Part shown: positions 39,489 through 49,770 of the stretch, one piece after another
Numbering within the stretch: the first letter of the stretch is position 1
How the letters are laid out: every line of letters starts with the position of its first letter
Source of the DNA: Deltaproteobacteria bacterium
Lineage (GTDB): Bacteria > Desulfobacterota > Desulfomonilia > UBA1062
Direction: 5' to 3'
DNA length: 64,000 nt
Assembly: GCA_018433085.1 (NCBI GenBank)
Contig: JAHDRW010000012.1
Location: forward strand, 20,606 to 84,605
Position numbers and translations under genes: made by a program
The notes under the pieces: model-generated
Databases searched by the model: none
The model's input: the letters and a program-made list of their open reading frames with translations, nothing else
What the model was told of the DNA's origin: nothing

Positions 39489-40481
39489 TTACACGTAGAG
39501 TCCTTCCAGCATCTCCGATACGTCCGGATAGGTGCACTGGCGGGCGAAGTTCACGGCATCTTCCACCTCCGCGCTCACCTCCGCCTGAATCCGATCGAGG
39601 TCCTTCCGCTTGAGCACCCTGCCCTTGATGAGCTCAGCCTCGAAGTCGGCTATGCAGTCCTCTGCCATCGCCTCCTCGACCTTCTCCTTGCCGCGGTACT
39701 TCTGCGCATCGCCCACATAGTGTCCGTGCCAGCGGTTGCACCTGATTTCCAGAAGGCTCGGACCCTTTCCTTCCCTGGCCCGCCTGACCGCCTCACCCGC
39801 GGCCTCGTAGATCTCCACCACACGATTGGATACCGATACCGCCGGGATATCATAGGCAAGGGCGCGGGAGGTTACGGACTCCACGGGCATATGGACCGTC
39901 CTGGGGGAAAATTCCGCCCAGCCGTTGTTCTCGCACACGAACACCAGGGGCAGCTTCCTGATGGCGGCAAGATTCATGGTTTCGTGAAACGCCCCTTCGC
40001 CCGTGGCGCCCTCTCCGAAGGTGGCGACGGCCACATGGTCCGTCTTCTTGTACTGAGCGGCAAAGGCGGCGCCCGCTGCGATGGGTATCCCGCCTCCCAC
40101 GATCCCGTTGGCGCCCATGATGCCGATGCCGGCGTCCGCCAGATGCATGGAACCCGAGCGACCCAGGCAGAAACCTTCCTTTTTTCCGAACAGCTCCGCC
40201 ATTGCCCGCCTGATCTCGATCCCCTTGGCGACAGCCCACCCATGCCCCCGGTGAGTCGTGCTGATGGAATCATTCGCGTTCAGGTGTGCGCATACCGCGG
40301 CCGGCGCCGCCTCCTGTCCGATGCTCACATGCAGGAAGCCCAGGATCTCGCCCCGGGAAAAGACTTCCATGAGCATCTCCTCGACCTTGCGGATCCGAAC
40401 CATCATGGTGTAAAAATCAGTCAGCATATCCTTCGATGGTCTGTTCATATTCTCGGTCCCCTTTTTCTCGGATATTCCCAT
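39489..40481 (-). CDS. Acetoin dehydrogenase / 2-oxo-acid dehydrogenase E1 alpha subunit (TPP-binding, AcoA-like)
   Basis: GFLHVSIGQEA, the GDG.xxEG TPP motif (FGEGATGEGAFHETMNLA) and VFVCENNGWA. An alternative start at 40448 has an RBS. Confidence 0.85.
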   Translation of the reverse strand: MGISEKKGTENMNRPSKDMLTDFYTMMVRIRKVEEMLMEVFSRGEILGFLHVSIGQEAAPAAVCAHLNANDSISTTHRGHGWAVAKGIEIRRAMAELFGKKEGFCLGRSGSMHLADAGIGIMGANGIVGGGIPIAAGAAFAAQYKKTDHVAVATFGEGATGEGAFHETMNLAAIRKLPLVFVCENNGWAEFSPRTVHMPVESVTSRALAYDIPAVSVSNRVVEIYEAAGEAVRRAREGKGPSLLEIRCNRWHGHYVGDAQKYRGKEKVEEAMAEDCIADFEAELIKGRVLKRKDLDRIQAEVSAEVEDAVNFARQCTYPDVSEMLEGLYV

Positions 40482-40688
40482 CTTCTTGAATGCGTACCAT
40501 CTGTTACCGCCTCTGAAGGGCTTGCCCGATCAGTCCTTCCGGCTACTGTCCGGCTCTCGTGTGTTCGGTCCGTGTTTCGTCCCCTGTCGGAAAAACCTGC
40601 CCTGAAATTTCTTTTTTACGGTTTACCCGAACAAAGCAACAAGCGTACCAATAAAAAATACGTTTCATTCTTCTTTTATTATCAATGT

Positions 40689-40706
40689 ATTGCATCTTTT
40701 GGCCCA
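40689..40706 (-). promoter_or_regulatory. Candidate sigma-54 (-24/-12) promoter for the aco operon
   Basis: Minus-strand read TGGGCC-aaaag-aTGCA; the GG and GC are correctly spaced. About 200 nt upstream of acoA. Confidence 0.45.
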
Positions 40707-40739
40707 CCCTATTCCTCCTGTTCGCCCAAAGGGGTTCTC

Positions 40740-40770
40740 CAATATTGAACAAGGCGATTGTTCAATATTG
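40740..40770. promoter_or_regulatory. Perfect 12-bp inverted repeat CAATATTGAACAA-ggcgat-TGTTCAATATTG upstream of the aco promoter
   Basis: Seen directly in the sequence; located 35-65 bp upstream of the putative -24 element. Confidence 0.5.
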
Positions 40771-41117
40771 AAACACCTTTATTTTCCCTTTCCCCACAGG
40801 TCCGTAAGCCGGATGGATCAGCGGTATGCAAGGGGTGGGGTATCCAGCCAACACATGAGATTCTTTTCTCGTCCTGTCCCTGGGACGACCGGCCCTCCGG
40901 TACTCGGGAAGGGCAGAAAGCGACGATACGCAGACCGTGCGCCGTGAATATTTTTTTAAGGGAATCTTACCGGTTTCATGGTGACGGCCGGCCGGGAATC
41001 CGCGATCCACGGCCGGCCCTGAAGGCCCGGGGCGAAACTCCCGGCCCGGCGGGCTCATTGCGCCGCCCGGGATGAGGCTGCAAGAATCCGCAGCACACCG
41101 GGCGGCGGCCTCTCCGC

Positions 41118-41423
41118 TCAGCGGTTATCGGGAACGATGAACTCGTTCACCTCGAAGATGTTTCTCTCAAGATCACCGATAAAGAGCGGGATAATATCTT
41201 CGGCCAGTTTCTTATGCTCCCCGTTGGCTGCCCACGCCTCATCGTTTTCCCTGGTTTCCCAGAACTTGAGCACTATCCATTCGCCGTTGGACTTGGACAT
41301 ATAATAGGTGCCGCGATGGCCGGGCTGCTCGGATATCAGCTTGATCCATGGGCCTCTGATCCAGCTTTCGTACTTCGACAGGTTTTTGGGGTCGACACAT
41401 CCCCTGGTAAGACTGCAGATCAT
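41118..41423 (-). CDS. Small ABM-domain (antibiotic biosynthesis monooxygenase-like) protein
   Basis: 101 aa. PGHRGTYYM...WIVLKFWETRENDEAWAANGEHKKL fits the ABM ferredoxin-like fold pattern. Last gene of the minus-strand cluster. Confidence 0.45.
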   Translation of the reverse strand: MICSLTRGCVDPKNLSKYESWIRGPWIKLISEQPGHRGTYYMSKSNGEWIVLKFWETRENDEAWAANGEHKKLAEDIIPLFIGDLERNIFEVNEFIVPDNR

Positions 41424-41547
41424 GGGAATATCCTCCTTGTTCTCATGCTCGATCGTTGAAGGGGCTGCTGAACCAGCCCGCCCCCGCCGGGATACGATGC
41501 GCCCCCGGCTGTTCCGGTCTCCGGCACAGCCGGGGGCGGCAACTCTC

Positions 41548-43233
41548 CTATGCCTTTTCCATCTTCGCGAGCTCTTCTTCCTTGAGAACCCGTCTCAACA
41601 CCTCGCCCTTGTTACTGATGGGGAGCGAATCGCGGATTTCCACGACCGGGACCTTGTACGCGGCGACATTGTTCTTGAACCACTGCCTCAGCTCCTCTGC
41701 CGTCAGGCTGTATCCGGGCTTCAGGGTGATGAACACCTTCGGCTCTTCCATCTTCTTCGGGTGCGGTATCCCGATAGCCACGATCTTGTCGATGGCCGGA
41801 TTCGCCAGGCCGAGGACCTCAAGCTCCCTCGGGGCCATGATATAGCCGGTGACCTTGATGATGTCCCGGTGACGGCCGTAGTAGTACACCATGCCGTCTT
41901 CCTTGAGCGCCCCGATGTCGCCGGAGTACATCCATCCGTCCACGATTTCCTTTGCGTTGATCTCGGGCTTGTTCCAATAACACTTCACCTGGGATGGGCA
42001 CTTGACCACGATCTCTCCCCGCTGCCCGAGAGGCAACTCTTTCCTCGTCTCGAAGTCCACGATCTTGATCTTGGTGCCCGGGGCCAGGGTGCCCACGCCT
42101 ACGGCACCGGGGTCTTCAAAGGGGTCTTCGATTCCCAGGCCTCCGCACGCGCAGTAGTTGAAGCTCTCGGTTCCGAGGGCGTATCCGAAGTTGTCCAGCC
42201 TGCAGCCGGTGATCTCGCGCCACTTGTCGGCGACTTCCCGGGTAAAGGGGATGGCGAAGGGAACCGTGTTGCAGGTGGTGAAGCTCGTGAGATCGTATTT
42301 GTCCCTGTCGGGATGGTTTATGATGCTGGCGACACAAGGCATGGGCCACGAGAACTTGGTCACCCGATATTTATGTATGGCTTCCAGAGCGGCCGTGGTA
42401 TCCCACCTCGCCAGGATGAGAATGGTGTATCCGCAGTAGAAGGACCCGGCGATCCCGGTTGACAGCCCGTACATGTGGGTGTGGGGCACCGGCGTCAGCA
42501 GGACGTCGTCCTTTGTCGTGTCCAGCAGGAGGTGGGCGATACCCGCTCCTCCGAGAAGGGTGGTGAAGTGCGTGTGGAGGCACCCCTTCGGAAACCCGCT
42601 CGTGCCTCCCGTATAGAGGATCCAGGCATCATCGTGCAGATCGACCTTGACGTCAGGCGGCGTATCCGGATACTTCGCAAGGAGATCGAGGTATTCATAG
42701 GTGCCGGGGAAGGTCTGCTTTTCCGCCAGCATCATGGGGTGCAGCGGGAAGGCCGGCTCTTCGGGCATGAAATCGTGGAAGCTCGTTACGATGATATCCT
42801 TGATGCCGCATTTATCCTTCACGTTTTTGACGACCGGATACAGCTGGTCGAGAACGATCATGAAATTCGCCTGAGAGTCGTTCAGGGCGTATTCGAGCTC
42901 CAGCTCCTTGTGCATCGGATCGATCGGCACGCTCACCAGACCCAGCTTGAACGCCGCGAGATAGATAACATAGCATTGGGGGCAGCTCTGGATGAAGACC
43001 GCGACCCGATCGCCCTTCTTGTAGCCCATCGCCGAGAAGGCGTTTGCCAGCCTGTTGCTCCAGTCTTCAAGCTGTCTCCACGTCAGCTCCTTCCCGTAAT
43101 AGTTCACGACTGCCTTATCAGGATTTTCCCTGGTGTGAATCTTTACGTATTCCGCCAACGGCATTTCGCCGTGCAGCAGGTCAACGTGATCCATCTTCGC
43201 CCTCTCGCCGTGCAGAAGGTCAACGTGCTCCAT
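41548..43233 (-). CDS. AMP-forming aryl/acyl-CoA ligase (benzoate-CoA-ligase-like class I adenylating enzyme)
   Basis: YTGGTSGFPKGCLHTH and YGRHRDIIKVTGYIMAPRELE... motifs. The N-terminus contains a tandem duplication (MEHVDLLHGERAK / MDHVDLLHGEMPL). Confidence 0.85.
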   Translation of the reverse strand: MEHVDLLHGERAKMDHVDLLHGEMPLAEYVKIHTRENPDKAVVNYYGKELTWRQLEDWSNRLANAFSAMGYKKGDRVAVFIQSCPQCYVIYLAAFKLGLVSVPIDPMHKELELEYALNDSQANFMIVLDQLYPVVKNVKDKCGIKDIIVTSFHDFMPEEPAFPLHPMMLAEKQTFPGTYEYLDLLAKYPDTPPDVKVDLHDDAWILYTGGTSGFPKGCLHTHFTTLLGGAGIAHLLLDTTKDDVLLTPVPHTHMYGLSTGIAGSFYCGYTILILARWDTTAALEAIHKYRVTKFSWPMPCVASIINHPDRDKYDLTSFTTCNTVPFAIPFTREVADKWREITGCRLDNFGYALGTESFNYCACGGLGIEDPFEDPGAVGVGTLAPGTKIKIVDFETRKELPLGQRGEIVVKCPSQVKCYWNKPEINAKEIVDGWMYSGDIGALKEDGMVYYYGRHRDIIKVTGYIMAPRELEVLGLANPAIDKIVAIGIPHPKKMEEPKVFITLKPGYSLTAEELRQWFKNNVAAYKVPVVEIRDSLPISNKGEVLRRVLKEEELAKMEKA

Positions 43234-43330
43234 CTCTATGCTCCTTTCTCCTGTATAAGTATTTTATTTGCCTTTAAGGATCGAACCGATCCCGGATATT
43301 GGTGCTTCCCTGTCTATCCGTTGCTCCCCC

Positions 43331-44575
43331 CTATTTGTTTTCCAGCATCTCGAAGAAGGCGTCCAGACGCTGCTGGACCTGCCCGTCGGCATAGGTCCTT
43401 TCATCTGCTTGATCGACATCGATGAGGACCACCGGCAGATGGAATCTCTCGTGGATGAGGTTGGCAACATCGAGGGCGCCTGTGGACATGATCTTGCAAC
43501 TCTTGTTGATAGCGACCACGGCGCCGTCGATCTTGAACTCCTTGATATCCCGGGCCAGTCTGTCGCCGATGCAGCCGTAGAGCGTCTCGGCGATCGTGGA
43601 GCCGCACCCGCCTTCAAGGCCGAAGCTGAGCCCTTTCTTCGCGAAGTACTCGATCGGCTCGCTGTCTTCGAAGTCCTGGGTATACCAGAGGTAACGGTTA
43701 TAGTCGCCGAACGGGAAAACACATCCCCTCTGTGCGAAATAATTCACGAACCCGAGGCGATACCACGGCGGGATATTGAACATCACGAGCCGGTGCCGCT
43801 CATCCTGGATCGCACCTTCCCGATTCTTGATCCGCTCTTTGATTTCCGCAGTCGCCAGCTTCAGGAGATCGACCCCGTGCTGGGTGCCCGAGAGCGAGCT
43901 GGGGACGAATATCAGATTCGCCAGATCGGAGAGATTCATCGGGGCAGGCACCGCCTTGTTCAGATCGAGCAGCTCGCGCCAGTATTTACCCTGCTCACGG
44001 GAGAGGCGGGCGGTTTCCTTCAGTTTCTGATCCGTCACCTTGTTCCCGCTGATCTTTTCGAGCTGTCCGATGCACTCTTCCATCTCCCGCGCAACGTACC
44101 GGATGTAGTAGTCGGGCACCTCGTGATCGAACATGCGGTGGGGGGTGTTCAGGACCACGTACGGCTTGTCGAAGAAGAGTCGCAGGGCATCGAACCACTT
44201 CAGGTAGTTCAGGCATGCGTTCGAGACCACCATCAGAAGGTCCGGCTTCGGTATCCCCCCGAGCGGATGATCGTTATCCTGCGCCAACAGGTATCCGAAG
44301 TTGTTCCGGATATAAGAACAGAGCTCGGGCTTGTAGTTGTTCGCCTCGGCGATCGTGCAGTATTTTTCCGAAAAATGCTGCGCAGCGCAGACACACGCAT
44401 AGTTTTCGGGATACGCCACCCGGATTCCGAGCATCCGGCAGATATCGTTCAGCGGATTCGAGCTCACTACCGACCATGCGAGAGGATGACCGGCCCAGAT
44501 ATCTTCATAATATTGACGAAGAGCTGCACTGACGGCCTTTGCCGATTCCAAGCGTTTAGGTTTATTCTCAGACAT
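43331..44575 (-). CDS. 2-hydroxyacyl-CoA dehydratase / benzoyl-CoA reductase family subunit (HgdB/BcrB-like), pair 1
   Basis: About 415 aa. HGDH_B-type conserved Cys pattern (CAAQHF..., GGCGST). aaggagag RBS. 20 bp downstream of the alpha-like partner. Confidence 0.75.
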   Translation of the reverse strand: MSENKPKRLESAKAVSAALRQYYEDIWAGHPLAWSVVSSNPLNDICRMLGIRVAYPENYACVCAAQHFSEKYCTIAEANNYKPELCSYIRNNFGYLLAQDNDHPLGGIPKPDLLMVVSNACLNYLKWFDALRLFFDKPYVVLNTPHRMFDHEVPDYYIRYVAREMEECIGQLEKISGNKVTDQKLKETARLSREQGKYWRELLDLNKAVPAPMNLSDLANLIFVPSSLSGTQHGVDLLKLATAEIKERIKNREGAIQDERHRLVMFNIPPWYRLGFVNYFAQRGCVFPFGDYNRYLWYTQDFEDSEPIEYFAKKGLSFGLEGGCGSTIAETLYGCIGDRLARDIKEFKIDGAVVAINKSCKIMSTGALDVANLIHERFHLPVVLIDVDQADERTYADGQVQQRLDAFFEMLENK

Positions 44576-44595
44576 GGTATCTCTCCTTGCAGATG

Positions 44596-45702
44596 TTATT
44601 TCATGATGGATTCGATAAATCCTTCGATGCGAGTCTGAACTGGGGCCATATCGCACATATACTCCGTCTCGACAAAGCCAACCGGCACGCCCTTTTTGCG
44701 CAGCTCTCTCTCCAGATACGGAAAGTCCATTACTTCCGACTCACATGCCCTCTCTATGGCAAAGATCACCCCGTCGACGGCGTATTCCTGAACCAGATCG
44801 ATCAGATAGCTCATCCGATACTCGGCGGATATCGAGAATGGACAGGGGAGATTCGCATAGCTCCTGGCAATGGCCAGCAGCGGATCCTCGCCACTGTCGC
44901 TCTGGCCGGCCAGGGACCTCAGCCCCATGTTGGTGTCGTCACAGACTACGGTCGCGCCTGCGGCCTGGATGGTCTCGTAGATCCTCCCGTCGGTAAGGCA
45001 GGGCCCAGACACCAGGAGACGGGCTTTGGGCCTTTCTCCTGCAGGAAGATCCCGTATCTCGGAAAACAGCTTTTCCAGGAGGCGGTTGTTCTCCTCCTTA
45101 TCCATCACATGAGACACCATGAAAACATCGAACAGGTCTACACCGTTCAGGGGGGGCCTCTCCTGTTTCATCAAACTGCAGATATTCCCCAGCAGCTCTC
45201 TGTTCCGGTTATACACATCGATCGCATAGGTGAGCGCCTCTTCGAAGATTTTCCGGCCGGTGAATTCTTCCAGCTCCTTCTTGAGATTTTCCAGATCGTC
45301 CCTGAAAAAGGTCAGCGCGTTCTTCGTCTTGTTGAATCTCAGGCCCGCCATGGTCGCCACAAAGTCATTCTTCCGGTGATACCGCCATCCGCGGGCGAAA
45401 TATGTAACGGTCTCACACGACTCGGGCAGAACGACCCCGTCGAGAAAAGGATACTGGCCTTTGAGAACCTGGTCCCAGATGGCCCGGAAGATCGATGAGG
45501 TATAGACATGCAAATGCGCGTGCGCCATGTTGGTCTGTTCTCCGGGAAAGGGGAAGAGCCTGAATGGATGGAGACCTGCCGCGTGAATGACTTCTTGCGG
45601 AACAATCGGGTGCATGACGCCAATAAACTTTTTTTCAGACCGGCTGGAGGCTTCTGAAAGATACGCCCTCATATCCCTGGCGATTTGATTGATTTGTTCC
45701 AT
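44596..45702 (-). CDS. 2-hydroxyacyl-CoA dehydratase / benzoyl-CoA reductase family subunit (HgdA/BcrC-like), pair 1
   Basis: About 370 aa. FIGVMHPIVPQEVIHAAGLHPFRLF N-terminus and Cys residues typical of HgdA-type [4Fe-4S] subunits. Confidence 0.75.
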   Translation of the reverse strand: MEQINQIARDMRAYLSEASSRSEKKFIGVMHPIVPQEVIHAAGLHPFRLFPFPGEQTNMAHAHLHVYTSSIFRAIWDQVLKGQYPFLDGVVLPESCETVTYFARGWRYHRKNDFVATMAGLRFNKTKNALTFFRDDLENLKKELEEFTGRKIFEEALTYAIDVYNRNRELLGNICSLMKQERPPLNGVDLFDVFMVSHVMDKEENNRLLEKLFSEIRDLPAGERPKARLLVSGPCLTDGRIYETIQAAGATVVCDDTNMGLRSLAGQSDSGEDPLLAIARSYANLPCPFSISAEYRMSYLIDLVQEYAVDGVIFAIERACESEVMDFPYLERELRKKGVPVGFVETEYMCDMAPVQTRIEGFIESIMK

Positions 45703-45779
45703 GGCCGTCATTGGTGTTTTCCTCCTTGATAAACTTTCTTCCGTTTCTGTTTTGCAACAGTATCATCATTGATAACCGG

Positions 45780-46583
45780 TTACTTCTTGTCTCCGGGAAA
45801 CGTCGAAGGGAATCTGGGCTCCCGTTTCTCCTTGAACGCGGCAATGCCCTCCTGCATATCGTCCGAGAGCATCGTCATGACGTGTCCTCTGGCCTCATAC
45901 TCTACGGCCGTCGCCAGATCCATGGTGAGGCACTGGTACAGCGCCCTCTTGGCCATTCCCATCGCGAACGCCGGCCCTTTCGCCAACCGCCGGGCCAGCT
46001 TCATGGTTTCGTCTTCGAGCTGATCCGGCGGGACCACCCGGTTGACCAGGCCGATATCCCTCGCCTCGAAGGCATCGACGACCCTGCCGGAAAAGACCAG
46101 CTCCGCCGCCCTGGCCACGCCGATGAGGCGCGGGAGAAAGTAAATCGCCCCCGTATCGCTCTGAACCCCGATGTTCAGGTACACGTGGCCCAGCTTGGCC
46201 TTTTCGGAGGCGATCAGGATATCGGCGGCCAGGGCCAGGCCGAATCCGCCTCCGGCAGCCGCACCGTTGATCATCGCGATCACCGGTTTGGGCATGTTCC
46301 TGAGGTTGACCGCGACCTGTCCGAATGTCTGGACGACCTTTTCCAACTCGCCTGGGTCCTTGATATGGTACATGGGGGAGCTGAGATCCCCTCCCACGCA
46401 GAACGCCTTGCCCATGCCTGTGATGATGACCACCCGTGTATCCCTGTCTTCTGCCGCGTGCCTGGTGGCTTCTATGAGCTCACGGCACATGTCCATGGTC
46501 ATCCCGTTGAGGCTTTCCGGACGGTTCAGAGATATTCGGGTTATCCCGTCCTGCTGCTCACAGATGATATTCTGGTAATCCAT
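45780..46583 (-). CDS. Enoyl-CoA hydratase/isomerase (crotonase family)
   Basis: LNRPESLNG, ITGMGKAFCVGGDL and INGAAAGGGFGLALAADI. gagggagaag RBS before MDYQNII. Confidence 0.85.
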   Translation of the reverse strand: MDYQNIICEQQDGITRISLNRPESLNGMTMDMCRELIEATRHAAEDRDTRVVIITGMGKAFCVGGDLSSPMYHIKDPGELEKVVQTFGQVAVNLRNMPKPVIAMINGAAAGGGFGLALAADILIASEKAKLGHVYLNIGVQSDTGAIYFLPRLIGVARAAELVFSGRVVDAFEARDIGLVNRVVPPDQLEDETMKLARRLAKGPAFAMGMAKRALYQCLTMDLATAVEYEARGHVMTMLSDDMQEGIAAFKEKREPRFPSTFPGDKK

Positions 46584-46651
46584 CTTTCTTCTCCCTCTCA
46601 TGGTTCGATTGCCGTATGTTTGTTTCCCTGTCCTCTTGTGCCGGATATCCT

Positions 46652-48047
46652 TTATCCGTACGCGATCGAAGGCAGCCACGTGGCCAGCTCGGGCCAGAAC
46701 ATGACGGCTAGCAGACCAAGGACCTGAATGATGACAAAGGGAATGATCCCCTTGTAGATATCCACCAGCTGTACCTCAGGAGGGCATGCACCCTTCAGAT
46801 AGAATATCGCGAAGCCGACCGGAGGTGTGAGAAAGGACGTCTGGAGACAGATGGCGATGAGGATCGTGAACCAGATCAGGTCCGGATTGTCCAGCACGCC
46901 GAAGCCCTCTATGCCCAGAGCCAGCTTGCCGATGACCGGCCCCACGAGGGGGAGAATGATGAAGGTGATCTCGATCCAGTCGAGGAAAAACCCGAGCAGG
47001 AACACCCCGAGCAGTATCACGGTCAGGATACCGTACGGTCCGAAGGGCAGGCCCAGAAGAAACGATTCGATCACCTCGTCGCCGCCGAGCATGCGCATCA
47101 CCAGAGCAAAACAGCTCGCCGCTATGAGGATAGCGAAGATATAGGCGATCGTGCCGAAGGTCTGGTGCAGCACATCCTTGAATATCTGGAGATTCAGCTT
47201 CCGGTTGATGAGGGCGATCAGCGTGGCCCCGAACGCGCCGACGCCGCTCGCCTCCGTGATCGTGGCCATACCGGTGAAGATGGAACCGAGCACCGCGACC
47301 ATCAGCCCGAGGGGCGGCAGGATGGTCTTGAACACATCCCATACCACTTTCATCTGGAAGGGCTGCCGGTCTTCGCTCAGCGGGGCTTCCCGGGGCCTCA
47401 TAAAGGCATAAATCAGGATAAAGATCAGATACATCACGCCCAGGAGAATACCGGGGATAAAGGCCGCCATGAAGAGATCGCCGACCGCGAGTTGGAGCTG
47501 CTCCCCCATCATGACGAGCATGACGCTCGGAGGAATCAGGATACCCAGGGTGCCAGCCGCGCACACGGTGCCGGTGGCGAGGGACCGTGAATACCCCTGA
47601 TGGATCATGGCCGGCAGGGACAACAACCCGAGCAGGACGACCGAAGCCCCGATGATCCCCGTAGACGCCGCCAAGAGGATGCCGATAATGGCCACCGAGA
47701 CCGCGAGACCGCCGCGCACCTTGCCGAACAGATTCTGCATGGAATGCAGCATATTCTCGGCAATGCCCGAGCGGTCGAGCATCAGCCCCATGTACACGAA
47801 CATGGGCAGGGCGACCATCACCCAGTTCTCGAGAACACTGTATATGCGGTTGACAACCATCCCGAAAGAATTGAAGTCCAGAAAGGTCATAGTGCCCATA
47901 TATTGGTCAGCCAGATACCCGATTAGGGTGAACACCACCGAGATGCCGCCCAGAATGAACGCAATGGGATAACCGGTGAAAAGGAGAGCGATAAAGCTTA
48001 TGAACATCAGTATTATCAATATGGTATTTATTTCCACCTTACTGCTC
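46652..48047 (-). CDS. dctM: TRAP transporter large permease subunit (DctM family)
   Basis: About 465 aa, 12+ TM segments. YPIAFILGG N-terminus and the conserved GILIPPS motif. GTG start with aaggag RBS. Confidence 0.85.
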
Positions 48048-48566
48048 CTTCTTGATAAGCAATGCAAGGGATCGAACCATGCGGCTTAGAATGGCGACCC
48101 CCAGCAACCCGAATCCCAGCGGGATGAACAGCTTGATCAGCCATCGGTATGGCAGACCCATCGGGGCTGCCGAACACTCGCTGATCATCCAGGAATTATG
48201 GAAAAAGGCCCATCCGTGCACCATGATGATGATCCCCCAGGGAAAAACTAGGAAAAGGGATCCGAAAAGCTCGATCTTTTCCCTGGTGCGGGACCGGAAC
48301 CTGCTGCTCATAACGTCAAGCCGGATATGGGTATCCTTCGCCACCGCATACGCAAGGCCGAACATGACGTTCACCGAATAGAGGTACCATTCCATTTCAT
48401 CCAGAACGACGAGACCGTTCGAGAAAAAATAGCGCAGAATCACCTGGGTAATGATCAGCACCAGCAGCACGCCATTCAACCACGCAAGCGTGTTGCCTAT
48501 GCGGACGATGCCCCTGTCGGTGAAATCACTGATGGTGAGGAGAGACGAGGAAATGTCATTCATCAT
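48039..48566 (-). CDS. dctQ: TRAP transporter small permease subunit (DctQ family)
   Basis: 175 aa with 4 TM segments. Its 3' end overlaps the dctM start by 9 nt. Confidence 0.75.
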   Translation of the reverse strand: MMNDISSSLLTISDFTDRGIVRIGNTLAWLNGVLLVLIITQVILRYFFSNGLVVLDEMEWYLYSVNVMFGLAYAVAKDTHIRLDVMSSRFRSRTREKIELFGSLFLVFPWGIIIMVHGWAFFHNSWMISECSAAPMGLPYRWLIKLFIPLGFGLLGVAILSRMVRSLALLIKKEQ

Positions 48567-48693
48567 ACTATCCGTCCACGTTTGATGATGGTGATCCGGA
48601 GGATGCCGGGCAAGAACCCCGGCACCGTCCAGATCGTGAATTTATGGTTCTCTTTAAGCCTCTTACAGTCGTATTGAAGCCTGCCGCAGCCGA

Positions 48694-49770
48694 TTACTTT
48701 TCCGGTTCCGGCCTGGGAAGAGTCCCGTACGCCAGCCAGTAATTGTAATCCGGGAAGAACTCCTGCATGTCGTCCCATACCTTCTTGAAGCTGGGATCCT
48801 GCTCTCTCAGATCCTTCACCACGTCCATCCATGCGGCATGAATGGAATCGAGCATGTCCTCCGACCACCGCTTGTTGATAACACCACGCTTCTTGGCGTT
48901 GTTCTTGATGATCGGGCCTTGGATACTTTCCACATAGGAAATACCCTCAAGCGTCGCGGCCCGGCAGGTCAGCTCGATCATGGTTCTCTGGGTCTCACTC
49001 ATCTTGTTCCATACATCCTTGTTGATCAGCAGCTCGATGATGGTCGAAGGCTGGTGCCACCCGGGGAAATAATTGTACTTCACGACCTTGTACAGCCCGG
49101 ACGGCTCGTCAATGGCGGGCGATCCGTTTTCCACGGCATCGATGGCCTTTTTCTCGAGCGCCGAGAACACCTCGCCGACAGGTACCAGCGTAACGTTGAC
49201 CCCGAGCTTCTCCAGGGCGCGACCACCGTGGCCTGCGATCCTCATCTTGAGCCCATTGAAGTCTTCCGGCTTCTCGACGGGTTTTGCAAACCAGCCGCCG
49301 CTGTCCGGACCCAGGATTCCGCAGACCAGAACCTTCACGTTATAGCCGTTCTGGTCGTAGAGCTCCTGATAGAGCTTCATGCCGTTGCCGTGATAGAGCC
49401 ACGCGAGGTATCCGTTTATCTCGGGCCCGAACGGCACGCTTCCAAACAGCGGGGCAGCCGGCATCTTGCCCTGCCAGTAGTTTGCGCAGGAATATCCGGC
49501 CTGGATCTTCCCGTTGGAGACGGCGTCCAGGACCTCGAACGGCGGTACAAGCTTCCCGGGATCATAGACCATCATCTGAATCGAGCCGTCACTCACCGCC
49601 TTGAGATTCTCCGCTGTCCACGAGATGGTGGTGCCAAGGCCCGGAGTCTGCATCCCGAAACAGCTCTGGACACGCATGCGCACATCGCCCGCTATCGCCG
49701 GAACCGCTGAAGCCACCAGGAAAAATGCCGAAAGAATCACCGTACAGATCGTTGTTGCAACCTTACTCAT
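48694..49770 (-). CDS. dctP: TRAP transporter periplasmic solute-binding protein (DctP family)
   Basis: Signal peptide plus a DctP-type fold (GSVPFGPE..., RIAGHGG motifs). gaaggggg RBS. Confidence 0.8.
   Translation of the reverse strand: MSKVATTICTVILSAFFLVASAVPAIAGDVRMRVQSCFGMQTPGLGTTISWTAENLKAVSDGSIQMMVYDPGKLVPPFEVLDAVSNGKIQAGYSCANYWQGKMPAAPLFGSVPFGPEINGYLAWLYHGNGMKLYQELYDQNGYNVKVLVCGILGPDSGGWFAKPVEKPEDFNGLKMRIAGHGGRALEKLGVNVTLVPVGEVFSALEKKAIDAVENGSPAIDEPSGLYKVVKYNYFPGWHQPSTIIELLINKDVWNKMSETQRTMIELTCRAATLEGISYVESIQGPIIKNNAKKRGVINKRWSEDMLDSIHAAWMDVVKDLREQDPSFKKVWDDMQEFFPDYNYWLAYGTLPRPEPEK

Noticed and set aside
38826-40748. 640-aa plus-strand ORF antisense to acoA/acoB
   Set aside because: Spurious antisense ORF. 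Sense-strand genes have clear TPP/transketolase motifs.
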